Source: Eledone cirrhosa
Taxonomy: Eukaryota
NCBI GenBank assembly: GCA_964016885.1
Contig: OZ024743.1
Span: 12,834,001-12,898,000, forward strand
Direction: 5' to 3'
DNA: 64,000 nucleotides
In this document: positions 26,186 through 38,075 of the stretch, piece after piece
How positions within the stretch are numbered: the stretch's first letter is position 1
Layout of the letters: every line of letters starts with the position of its first letter
Made by a program: the position numbers and the translations under genes
Notes under the pieces: generated by a model
The model's input: only the letters and a program-made list of their open reading frames with translations
Databases searched by the model: none
Told to the model about the DNA's origin: nothing

Positions 26186-29100
26186 TTAGATGCAAAATTT
26201 TGGGAAGATTTTACATATTTTTACTGTTCCATTAATGGATTGTACTTGTAATTTCCTAACTAGTTGTGTTCTTTCTGTTCCTGTGAAGCCTAGCTTCTCA
26301 AGATTTGTATTGAGGCAGTTACTAACATATCCCAGTGCCCCAATAATCACAGGCATAAATCTGAAGGTGTAATCAGGGTGGAGTATCTGCAGATTTCTCA
26401 TCAGTTCTGCATAAATATTCTCCTTTTCACTAATCTTTGATATTATATTGGCATCTGCTGGGCAGCTAATTTCCACTACTGTGCATGTTTTCTTCTCCCT
26501 GTCCCATATCATAATATCTGGTCTGTTATGCCTGCATTTTATTGGGGTTTTTACTGGAACATTCCACCAGTACTCTTTCATATTATGTACATGGATGTCT
26601 TCCACATTGTTGTAGCTTTTAATGTGTTTATCATCGGGGCTATCTTTTTTACGAACTGCATTGTACAGTGTTTTGGCCACTACATCATGCCTCATACGTA
26701 GATAGTACCGCGATGACATCTTTGGGCAGCTGCTGATGACATGGGTGATATCCTCGATGTTAGTTCTGCAGAGTCTGCACTTGTTATCACATCTAGGTGT
26801 TTTGCCTGCATCCCTATCTCTTGTGTGAATCAGGTATTTCGTGCTACTCTCTTGTTCTTGGATTGCAAAAGCGTATCCTTCAAAATGGGAGCCAATATAG
26901 CGGTTGTTGGTCCAAGATAGACTACTTTCCTTATCTATATTACTCTCACTCTGGAGCTTCCTGGCAACATATCCATGCATGATTTTTTGCTGATAGGCAT
27001 GCAGTTTTTCATCCATGGATTCACTGCGATACTGCTGAGCGACATCCCTGGGTGTGAGTTTTTTCATTATCACACAGGGAATATCTCTCGAGGAGTTCCT
27101 TCCCAACTCTCATGATCTTATCTGTTTCATGCAGATAGACTTGCTCGAGAATCGGGCTCCTACGCTTCGAGGTTCGTAGATGTTGTCGGAGAGATATGAT
27201 GCGACATTCAAATGTTGTCTGGACTGATGTTAGGCCTCTGCCTCCCTGCTTACGTTTCAAGTAAAGGCGGTCTATGTCACTGTTGATGTGGAAGTTTCCG
27301 GTGTTGTTCAGTATTTTTCGAGTTCCAACATCAACTGCTCGGATTTCGTCTATCGTCCAATTGAGTATTCCAAACGTTGGTGTTAGGACAAGCACAGCAA
27401 ACACATTGTGAGCCACAGTTTTGTTTTGCGCAGAGAGCTCCGATGACCAGATCTTTCTTAATTGGGTGTAGTATTCCCTGGATACGCGTTCTTTATTACA
27501 GATACCATTATAGGATATGTTCTCATCTATCCCCAGGTATCTGTAGCAGTCCTCATCAGATATAAGTGAAACAGTTAGGCCATTGATGACAATGTTGCTA
27601 GATTGGGTTGTTGTTTTTCCCCGCTTTACAGTCATGTATGAGCATTTATCTTGGCCAAACTCCATTCCTATATCCTTTGAGAACGTTGTAACCAAGTCAA
27701 GATTTGTCTTCATCCCATCCATGTTCTTGGCATAGAGTTTCAGATCGTCCACAAAGAAATTATGGGTTAGGTTCGTATTTTTGTCCTCCCGTGAGCCAAT
27801 GATGTATCCCTCACATTTCTTGAGCAGAAAGGACAAGGGGTTTAATGACAAGATGAATAATATCACAGAGAGACTGCCCCCTGAAATATACCCCTGCAAT
27901 ATTTTATTTTATCAGTGAAAATAGAGTCCTCCCTCTGTCTTTAACCTTAGGATAGTAGCCCAAGAAGAAGACAGTCTCTCTATGGCTCTGACAATAATGT
28001 CTGGGAGTTTAGCAAGTTGGACGGCCTCTATCATCCAAGAGTGTGGAACAGAATCGAAAGCTTTCCTGTAGTTCAGCCAGACTGTAGTCATATTCCTCCT
28101 AAGTTGTCGCACCTCCGACATCGCAGTTTTGTTGATTAGGAGTTGTTCAGCACATCCCCAAACCCCTTCTTTCCAGCTGCTTGTTCATCTGTGATGATGT
28201 TATTATTTCTACAGTGATCTTGGAGGAATTGGTTCAGGCAGGCTGTATACATCTTATACATTAGGTTCTGGCATGCAATGGGTCGGTAGTTTTTTGCCAA
28301 GTGGGTGTCTTTGTTCTTGGGGACCAGTAATGTTTGTGCTAATGTCAACCATTCTGGTATAAGTGTATCTCCCTTAAGAACTTGTTGGTAGAGGTCAGTA
28401 AGATACATCCCATAGAATATCAGTTTTTTGTACCAGTAGCCGACAATCATGTCTCTTCCTGGTGTTTTCTTATCATGGATTTTTCCTATCACAGTCTCAA
28501 GGGTACCCTCACTTTCGTATATTTTTGTTGTAGTGTAGGAGCAATAGTTCTTTCGGATTTCTCTTAGCCACACTGCATCTTGGTTGAAATTTTTCTTTTC
28601 ACCCCATATTTTGCTCTAAAAGGAATCTATGTCTTTCTGGGATGGGGCCTCAGTGACACTTATTCTTTTGCCCTTCATATCTCTATAGACTGATATTTGG
28701 TTTCGTCTGAATCTTTTATTAAGCGCTTTTCTCTCATCTACCTTCTTCAGGTATCGGCGTTTTTCGCTAACAGCGCTCAATTCTTGTTTGAGGGTGATCA
28801 GCTTATATTGGAGAGTTCTGGTTCTACTGTTACCAAACATCGTCTCTATTTTATTTTTCACTCTTTGTTGGTGAGGAGTGAGGTTTTTTTGTGTTTGTTT
28901 GCATGTAAGGAGCATTGTCACATATCCTATGTTTTTTCGTAGGTCAGCAATCTTTTTTTTATATTTTAGTTATATATGGTGGTATTTTTGGTGGTGTTCT
29001 GTTCTTGTTAATATCTCTGCTATCACCAAGATAATGCTTCACTGTCGTTGCTAGGGCATATAAACAGGCGTTGATTTGCCAAAATGTTGGGGTTTTTATC

Positions 29101-30045
29101 CGTCGTAAATATTCATACTCTATTTCATCAATAACACGTAATATTTTATTATTTAAAAAAATTTTTTTTTTATTAAACATTGTCGTTTTAAAACGTTCAG
29201 CAAGAGAGATATTTATACATGAGTTAATTTCTCTCTGGAAGATTTCGTTGAGGGAAATGTTCAATTGTTTATACTTTTGTGGTGGATTGGCAGTATCGGT
29301 AGAGGGTCAGACGCCATGCTTTCCAGCATAGTTACGTCCCTTTACGCTCTGAGTTCAAATCCCGCCGAGGTTGACTTTGCCTTTCATCCTTACGGGGTAG
29401 ATAAAATAAAGTACCAGTAATGCACTGGGTAATTGCTGGCCTTGTGCCTAAAGTAGAAACAATTATCGATAGTATTTTCCACAACAGTCGAGGTAGACTC
29501 GGATGGTACACGTGGTGTCAAATTTCTTCGATTATTATTAATATTATTTCTTCGATTATTATTATTATCGATAGTGTTTTCCCCAGCATTCGAGGTAGAC
29601 TTAGATGGTACAGGTGGTGTCAACTTTCTTACAGGCATAGTTGTTTCAAGACGTTGTTCGACCTGGATGCTAGGAAGTCTAGTAACATGGCGACCTGTAG
29701 CACGTGTTGTTGATAACATGTTTGTTGTGGGGGACTTACAATTAATAATATTTATCTTATTTCAAACGTCGCTGGTTGGCGTAATTGTTTCGCTGTGAAA
29801 TAATTTAGCTCTAGGTGCATTTCGTCCCAGTGTAGCTTCATTCAGTTCATATAGCCAATGGAGGGATTGTTTTCTTGCCATTTTATAACAATTAAATTAA
29901 TCATTATTAAGTTCGCAACTCCAAGAGAAATGCTATTTATAATTTCGGTTTCTTCTGTAACTACAACTGAATAACATTTGATTACCTTCCTTGTTATTTG
30001 TCTTTGGTACTTCCTTAGTTTTTTTGTAATGTTGTGTTCAGCCAT
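26186..30045 (-). pseudogene. R4/Dong ORF, fragmented
   Basis: ORF pieces 29842-30045, 29390-29719, 28959-29264, 28616-28921, 28136-28573, 27912-28121, 27021-27899 and 26186-27106. Assignment of the two most 5' pieces is less certain. Confidence 0.8.
29281..29466 (+). mobile_element. SINE family A inserted into the Dong LINE
   Basis: Complete head, core and tail match to family A; no clear TSD. Confidence 0.85.
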
Positions 30046-30630
30046 GCTGTTTGTAGCAAATCCTTGTAAAATGAATTATGTGTTTAGTCGGATATCTCTA
30101 CGAATTCGAATAAAAGGTGTCTTCAGAAGGGATAGTTAGAAGAATAACCAGTTATTCAACCTGACTGTAGTTGTGGCATTACTGTCGGAGATAGTATTCA
30201 TCTTAAATTTAATAAATAGTCTCCCACGCCAAAATATACGACTGATCGCGTTGACTGTCTCTCTGTCTGTCTGTCTGTATGTATGTATGTGTACGTATGT
30301 ATGTACGTATGTATGTATGCGTGTGGGTGGAGGGAGAGGAGGTACGTGTGCATCCAATCTTACATGCCTCAGTTTAACACAATGAAGGTATGCTTCACCT
30401 CACTTCTAGAAGAGCTCTTATTACTCGTTTATAACTTAGTTTCTTTGACTTTTCCTTGTCGAATTATATATCACATGCATATGATGTCAACGACTGTTTT
30501 TGTATTGTGTAGCTAAATGAGTAACTGCCTTTTGTTGAACAGTGGATGCTGGGTGAATAATTACCAAAAGATCTCAATGTTTAGTGAGGTGGCTTATGGT
30601 AAATCTTTTATATTCTTTTGGGGTGATATA

Positions 30631-30811
30631 AGTAAAATTCCGTTACAACAAAACCATTATAACACATTTTCCCGTATAACGAAATCTTTTTCAATCCCCG
30701 AGGTTATAAACAAAAGCTCGATTTGTTTCGGTCGATCTCGTTATAAAGAAGTTTTCGTTCCAACGAATTTTGTTTATACCATGTGAATTCCGTTATAAAG
30801 GAATTTCACTG
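30631..30811. mobile_element. Tc1/mariner (Tigger/pogo-like) MITE
   Basis: TA|AGTAAAATTCCGTTACAAC ... GTTATAAAGGAATTTCACTG|TA, with internal gttataa/tataac subrepeats. Confidence 0.6.
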
Positions 30812-31587
30812 TATACTGGAACTTCATTCTCCACGTTTGTTAAATTAATATCGACATAAAGTCATAACTTCGAGAAGTTGTAGAGTCCTTGTGCACTCTA
30901 AGTGATTAAATATATCATTTTAATGCATTATGATTGTACTATGTTTATGTGCATGTAATACACACTCATAATATATATATATAGACACTCACACAAGCAC
31001 ACACTTCACGTATTAATATATATTATATATCATGGTGACCAAACTCTGTCTAGAAAATGAACTCACAAAGTTCCTCGACCCATCATATCACCTACTTTGT
31101 TTACCTGTAACATACCGTCTGATGAAGGCATGACCTCATTACTGTTTCGTAGCGAATGACAGGCACGTCGTAAATGTGCATAAAGGTTATAACGGTTGCC
31201 TATTAAATAAATTGAAATATGAAAAAGTATCAACTTGTCTTTAGATCCATGTTTCCTTTAATTGAGAAACAACCTCCCATCTTCTGTACTTGCTTTTCGC
31301 TGACTGGTTCTTTTAATTTGCTTCTGTAGATACATCTCTCTTCATACTTTCTAGGTTCAATACCTATATATATTTTATACTTTTAATATTATTATCATTA
31401 TTATCGCTTAGTCACGCAGTACAGATGGAAAAAGGACCTCTGACAGATAATACTTTCCTCAAAATGTGAGCCGTACCTAGCTAAGCCACCTTTTGTATGA
31501 CAAATAATCTGTATGGTATTCCCAGTCACTTCTTTAATTGACTTTCCCCTCCCCCAAAATCGTTGGCTTTGTGTCCAAATCAGAAAC

Positions 31588-31825
31588 GCGTGGCTTTGTG
31601 TTTAGGGAATTCGGCTCATGATTGTAAGGTTGTGAGTTCGATTCCCGGCGGCGCGCTGTGTCCATGAGCAAGACACTTTATTTCACGTTGCTCCAGTCCA
31701 CTCAGATGGCAAAAATGAGTTACACCTAAAATTCGAAGAGCCAGTCTTGTCACATTTTGTGTCACGCCGAATCTCCCTGAGAACTACGTTAAGAGTACGC
31801 GTGTTTGTGGAATGCTTTCCACACA
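31588..31825 (+). mobile_element. SINE family B
   Basis: GTGAGTTCGATTCCCGG, GTGTCC.TGAGCAAGACACTTTATTTCACGTTGCTCCAGTCCACTCAG; ends in (CA)n. Confidence 0.75.
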
Positions 31826-32641
31826 TAAACACACACACACAGACACACACACAGACACACAGACACACAGACACACACACACATATATATATTATCCATT
31901 TATAATTTATATTCATCGCAAATCGAATCGATCAATAAAACGTTTAAGTACCCTTTCATTTTAATAGATACTCTAGTATTTTGTTCATTTACTGAATAAG
32001 TTAAAGAAGTTTTTTTTATTTGCCTGTATACAAATGATCTAGTATAAAGGAAAAGGAAACAGGAAGTTGAGATGGTTATGTCTTTCCTTAGAGTCATTAA
32101 TGGTGACCGGAAATACTACTCAATTTAACGAGAGACTACCATTGCATAATGGTACCCTTCATGACAGACATTTTTTTTTGTTTTAATAAAATAAACGCAA
32201 AGGAATTTTTACCGCAATTTCTAAAGTGAGAGAGCATATGAGAAATTGTAGCCGAAAAACACGAACGGAATAAGGAGAAATAAAATGGTTTTCGAAACCT
32301 GTTTGGGGTCTCATCTGCCGTGAACCATTTGTTCTTGTATTGGAAAACATACGGCATTTCTTGGGTATTTTTAAAAGCCTGGCAGCGTCCTTTTCCTCTC
32401 CAGATCAGAACAGCAGATTTCTTCAATAGAAGGATAGACAGTGTGATAAAGAGGTATAGAGAAATAATAGACCCCCAGTACTAGACTGGTACTTTTTTAT
32501 TGACCTCGAAACAGCGAAGGACATAGTTGACTTCCACGGGATTTAGAGAGTAGAGAACAGGAAAGAATATCTCCTATCATTCTATCCATCACTCTAATGA
32601 TTCTGCCAATACACCGTCTTACATATATATATAAATATTAT

Positions 32642-32755
32642 TATTACAATGGGTCAAGTGTTTCCTGACAAACAGAGCCAAAAATATTGTAGTAGAAGGA
32701 GCAAAACTAACCCCAGGTAATGTCAGTATTAGCATACCACAAGGTAGTGTTGGGT
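32642..32755 (+). pseudogene. CR1/L2-type RT fragment
   Basis: Translates LQWVKCFLTNRAKNIVVEG...SIPQGSVG, resembling W...FL..R.Q.V...GVPQGSVLGP. Confidence 0.55.
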
Positions 32756-33950
32756 CGACTGTCTTTGGTTCCCAGGAATTTTTTCCTACACACCCTCTGC
32801 ACGACAGGTTGCATCTCATTTTGAATCAAGTGATCATATACATTTGCAGCAAAGATGCCAGATAACAGCTTCCAAAACAAATTCATACAAGCAATCGGCT
32901 TGTAATTTCCAGCTAACGGACTTTTCTTTTTATCATTTATTATCAATGTTGTCTTTCCTTCAACCATTTAACTTGGAAGTTCTTGTGCTACACCATCATT
33001 TAGGTGCTCCCCTAGCCTTGAATGAACACTTTTAAATCTTTTCGACCAGAATCCTTGGATCCTATCCGATCTAGGAGATTTCCAGTTTGACATTTTTCTA
33101 ACTTTCTTTTGAACGACTGCCTTTCTCATCTGTTTTGGTTCATTAGATAACATGCTCAACTCCATTTATCAATCTCGCATATTAATTAGTTATGCTCATT
33201 TGCATGAATGCATGGCATAGAGGAAACTGGAAGAAGGCCAAAGTAAAAGAGAATCGACGAATGAACATGCGGTCTAGAATAAGTTGACCAAAATTTGACC
33301 AAAATTGTGTGGACTCCTCACCATTAAGTGCAACCTCTGCACCATTTCTCCCGGGCAGTGTTCTAAATAACCTTTTCTGATTTGCAGAGAACAATCTGTT
33401 CTGTTTTTATCTATTCGTACTGCGCCTAACCCGATTAGATTTTGCTTTAAATCACAACTTCACTTCTTCCATCATTACATTCAAACTTTTCAACTTATTT
33501 TAGACTGCATTTTCATTCGTCGATTCTCTTCTACTTTGGCCTTCTTCCATTTCCCTCTATGCCATGCATTCATTTTTCCTAGATCTTTTCTGAGCTGAGT
33601 TATGCCACCTTCCAATCTTCCACCAGGATTCCTAACATTTCTTCCTTTCAGTTTGCTTTATACCTATTCTCTCACCCACCAGAAATTCTGCAGTTTCATT
33701 TAACTTTCTCGAGTTGGTGATACCATTGGTTTCTATATACATCATTGCATATTCCGATGATTCAGTAACGTCTTATTGAATCCTAGATCATTAAACAGAT
33801 CTCTCAATCTTCATTTTCATTCACATTTTCAATGTCCACAACATCGGTTACCTGATTTTTCCAGTCTCTCTACATTTAGTAGTTCCCCACTTTTCCCTTA
33901 TCAGCAGTTTGTTAGGCTAATTCTTCCTCATTTGATTCATTTCCATTATG
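32756..33950 (-). pseudogene. old R4/Dong-clade LINE relic from a different family
   Basis: Fragments NRLFSANQKRLFR, NWKSPRSDRIQGFWSKRF and GKTTLI...GNYKPIACMNLFWKLLSG...GTKD. Confidence 0.7.
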
Positions 33951-33954
33951 ATAT

Positions 33955-34070
33955 CTGAGTTCAAATCCCGCCGAGGTTGACTTTGCCTTTCATCCTTACG
34001 GGGTCGATAAAATAAAGTACCAGTAATGCACTGGTTAATTGGTGGCCTTGTGCCTAAAATAGAAACAATT
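33955..34070 (+). mobile_element. SINE family A, 5'-truncated
   Basis: B-box, core and tail match. Confidence 0.8.
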
Positions 34071-34534
34071 ATGATATCTATGTTTCCCAATTTCCACATA
34101 CGCATCATCTAAGTCATGTTCAGCATTAACATTCTTACATTCAACAAATGCGACTACTTTATCGGAAAAGCCCTGGACATCGACAAGGTCAAACTGACCA
34201 GTCTGTTCCAGAAAACTTCCAGAAATCTCTGGGTTGGCTGTTACCTGGGAGCTCTGCCGGTTCGAGATTTATTTTGTTATATATATATATGAATGTAATC
34301 TGAGTTTTTCGAACATTAATAATAACATTCGATTCGTTTGCAATTATGCAAACAAGCCTCAATTTTATAGCCATGTCAGTAGAATGATCCCTTCATTCTT
34401 GCTCTTGTGTTGGCATGCGAACAGAACTGAAGGCACTAGTGTTTCTGGGTATGATCCTTCATCAAAACAGCTCACTGTTCACCTGCCAAACTGTCAGTGT
34501 TAGTGAAAATATATGCTATTTTCAAAAATACACA

Positions 34535-34645
34535 GTGACTGATTGGCCTGATTTGCATATTAGAAAACTGGCTGATCAGTCAGATCTGCATATTAACAGA
34601 TCCACTGATCAGCCAGATTTGCATATCAGCAGACTAGTCAGTCAG
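34535..34645. repeat. short tandem repeat, ~33-bp unit x3
   Basis: ctgat(c/t)ag.cagat.tgcatat repeated three times, within an inverted pair at 34511-34543 and 34751-34783. Confidence 0.6.
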
Positions 34646-34786
34646 TTTCCTGTATACGAGCGATAAATGGCTAGCTTTGCCAAATTCAAATAAAAAAAGA
34701 AAATTTCGCTCTACATGGCTGAATACAATAAATGTAATCTGAGTTTTTCGATCAGTCACTGTGTATTTTTGAAAATAGCATATCTA

Positions 34787-34868
34787 TAAGTAGTAACACA
34801 ACAGTTAGTTCACCATACCGAAAACAATTGTTCTCGGTATGGTGAACTAAATGTTGTGTTACTACTTC
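34787..34868. repeat. hairpin centred on AACAATTGTT
   Basis: aagtagtaacacaaca.ttagttcaccataccga and its reverse complement. Related to 44177-44247. Confidence 0.75.
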
Positions 34869-35011
34869 TATATATATATACCTATAAGGATAACCTATTA
34901 TCCCGTATATATATATATATATATATACGTTATTCCGGGTTGAATCGGAGGTACCCACAGTAAGTAAGGTACTCAATACATTGCAGAGTATAAAAGTTTT
35001 AATATAGATGA

Positions 35012-35060
35012 GATTCTACAGGACTAGAACTGTTTCATTCTTTAGAAATCATCAGGAATC
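35012..35060 (-). ncRNA. mirror-image hammerhead ribozyme candidate
   Basis: Identical motif on the minus strand, a consequence of the palindrome. Confidence 0.7.
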
Positions 35061-35062
35061 CT

Positions 35063-35111
35063 GATTCCTGATGATTTCTAAAGAATGAAACAGTTCTAGT
35101 CCTGTAGAATC
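35063..35111 (+). ncRNA. type I hammerhead ribozyme candidate
   Basis: Stem I GATTC/GAATC; CTGATGA (35068); stem II TTC-TAAA-GAA; GAAA (35087); stem III ACAG/CTGT; GTA triplet at 35104-35106. Confidence 0.72.
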
Positions 35112-35723
35112 TCATCTATATATATATATATATGTACGGGATAACAGGTTATGTAGTCCAGTTAGAGTGGATGGTATTAACGTATGGCTTAGTTTGACTC
35201 AACAAGACGTTTCCATAGCGATGCTGCGAGTACGCGGTGATTTCTATGTAGTTTATACTTGGAGTAATAATAATTCAAGAAAGAAGAGTTGTATAGCCAA
35301 CCATGTCACTCTTCTTTCTTGAATTCGGTCGGGTAGGATCGATATAGATCGAACCTTGAGCTGATCAGTGGCGAAACGCGCGTCACCTATCAATAAATGC
35401 AATGAAGGAATAATCAATCGTCCTTGTTATCCTTTCACTATATTACACTCTGTATAGTTCTACACCTCATCACAGAAGTGAACCTAAACATCGAGTGCTC
35501 TCCCGGGTGAACCTGCAGTAACTCCTAGTTACACCCCATGGATATATATATATATATATATATATTTATACATATGTTTATATATTTTCATTGTTAATTG
35601 TTTTTATTATTGTGTATTTTCATTCATTTATTGTAATCCCCCACTGTTCCTGTCTCTGTATTTTCCCCTATATGTAGGCCCTTATGACCAATAAAGAAAC
35701 CATTATTATTATTATTATTATTC

Positions 35724-35862
35724 TTAAATCCCGCCGAGGTTAGTTTTGCCTTTCAAACTTATGGGGTCGATAAAATAAAGCACCAGTAATGCACTGGGCT
35801 CGATTTAATTGACTTTCCTTGCAAAAAAAAAAAAAAAAAATTGCCTATAGTAGAAATCATTA
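35724..35862 (+). mobile_element. SINE family A variant, truncated
   Basis: aaatcccgccgaggt...ggggtcgataaaataaag.accagtaatgcactggg...tagaaatcattatt. Confidence 0.7.
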
Positions 35863-36383
35863 TTATTATTGCAATTATTGTTGTTGTTGTTAAAATGATT
35901 TAAGGGACAGATAATTATCTAATGTTCCAATAAAGATGTTAATTAATTTTTGATTAAGATACGTGTCTCGTATCTATGAGAACATACGTTAAAAAGACTT
36001 TTTTAAGTGACAAAAAGAAATGAAACGAAAAGTTGGTTCCGAGAAGCAAGAGGAGGAAATTTAATAGAAGGTGAGAGTGAAGTATGTTATGAAGGTGGAG
36101 TGAGGTCATGAACACATTCACATTCACACACACACACACACACAACACACTCGCGCACGCGCACACACACAACACACGCGCGCACGCGCACACACACAAG
36201 TGTGTGTGTATGTGTGTGTACGTACATATATCTGCACATTGTACAAACAACTAGTTTTAACAAAACGCATACACACATACCACGCACATATGTACATTTT
36301 ATATATACATGTAACATACATACATAAATACATTAATGCACACAGACACACACATATATATATATATATATACACACACACAG

Positions 36384-36421
<38 letters not shown>

Positions 36422-37204
36422 AAGCATATATACACGTACAATAACCACACGCATAGTTAAACATACACACGCGTAAAATACCTTAAACATCGAGTGCACA
36501 TCATATGTGCACTCACCAATTCGGACAAACATGCACATACAGACAAACGCTCATCTATATTTACATACATACATGCATACACACTACAATCATAGGCAGA
36601 CACAACACACAAATACACAGACAAGGGAATAATTTGAGATTTTCTTCATAGATGTCTATAAATTTATATTAACATATGAAATAATATGGAGTCAGGAATC
36701 TTAAATTAATTGTCATATTTAGTATAATAGTTTGAAATATCCAATTCGGCAGTCAAAGTAATTTGAATCATTCGAATTTGATTTTACCTTATGAAAGAAA
36801 CAAAACGATATAAAAAATAAACTATATCAAAACTATATAAAAAATAAACTATATCAAAACTATATCAAAAATAGATTAAAACGAAATATGAAATCTCTAT
36901 CAATATTCAGTTTTTCTCCCCTTTACTAAATATGGAAGGCTACCATCATTCGTGGGTTTTGCACATATCAAGCCACTACAAAAATAAGGTGCCTTTTTTT
37001 TTCTTTTTTACATATAGTTTGTTTACTCGGCGGATTAAATGTGCGACTGATTGGTATCTATGAAAATACTGAAACTAAGAAATTGAATATTGTTATTATA
37101 CCAAAATACAAAGTTAATTCTGTCCTTGTTCAAATATATCGATAGTTCAGTTTCGATTTTGGCCTCTCCAAATAATTAATTTCTGACATTAGCTCAAAGT
37201 TACT

Positions 37205-37385
37205 TATTTTGAGGATTGGACTCGCAATCGAGAGGTTGCGCGTTCGATTCCCGGACCGAGTGATGCGTTACGACCCTGATCAAGACACTTTATTTCACGT
37301 TCCTCGTTCAACCAGGAGATACGACGGCTTGATAGTATCAGCAATGGAAAGACCAATGGAAACATTGTGAGTTGTTTCCTTGGTC
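37205..37385 (+). mobile_element. SINE family B
   Basis: gttcgattcccggaccg...caagacactttatttcacg...accaatggaaacattg, as at 10298-10450. Confidence 0.65.
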
Positions 37386-37885
37386 CAATTTGACGGTAAG
37401 CAAGTGAGGTTTGGGATCTTGTTGATTGATGCCTCTTCGTTTTTTTTATAGCTGATGAAATCAACTCTATCAGTTGACAAGTAATTTATTTTATTGATCC
37501 CAGGAAGGTTAAAATGCAACTTTGACTCTTTGGGGATTTGAACAGAGCTACATTATTATTTGGTACTTGACTGTATAGAAAGGAGGTGGAGGAGGAGTAG
37601 AAAGGAAGGGGGGACAACTGAAATGGATTGCGAATTATAGCATTTCGTTTTATTTACTTTTATATTTTCCGAGTTTTGTACATTTTATAAAGGAAAATTA
37701 ACTCCCAAACAATCGAGTCACTTTGACTGTAAATTTGCAAAAATAGTTGTATTTCAGGAAAGCGTAAATTTATCATACTTCATCAAATATGAAAGATAGG
37801 TGTTTTTCATTCTCTTTTCTGATGAAACTACATGAATAAAAGCTTTGCTGAAACAGTATAGTCAGGTTGTATGAATACAAATAAT

Positions 37886-38075
37886 TGTTTCTACGTTTGG
37901 CACAAGGCCAGCAATTACCCAGTGCATTACTGGTACTTTATTTTATCGACCCCGTAAGGATGAAAGGCAAAGTTAACCTCGGCGGGATTTGAACTCAGAA
38001 TGGCAAGGGCCATAACTCTATACGTCAAAGCATGGTGTCCGACCCTCTACCGATACTGCCAATCCACCGCCCTTA
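37886..38075 (-). mobile_element. full-length SINE family A with 18-bp TSD
   Basis: TGTATGAATACAAATAAT at 37868-37885 and 38076-38093. Confidence 0.9.

Larger units (their letters stand above)
25960..30255 (-). mobile_element. near full-length R4/Dong-clade LINE, same family as 2256-4732
   Basis: Near-identical RT/RLE region. N-terminal R4-type motifs WQINACLYALATTV and LKQELSA..KRRY...NKRFRRN. (TATG)n at 25908-25955 and (TGTC)n(TATG)n at ~30256-30318 flank it. Confidence 0.88.
35002..35121. repeat. perfect palindrome, 59-bp arms, 2-bp spacer
   Basis: 35002-35060 is the reverse complement of 35063-35121; followed by (TA)n. Confidence 0.95.

Noticed and set aside
29281-29375. tRNA gene
   Set aside because: A- and B-boxes are present but continue into the SINE core and tail; no convincing cloverleaf.
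31116-31170. Hammerhead starting CTGATGAAGG
   Set aside because: The GAAAC...GTC half is on the opposite strand; a motif forms only if an internal inversion is assumed.
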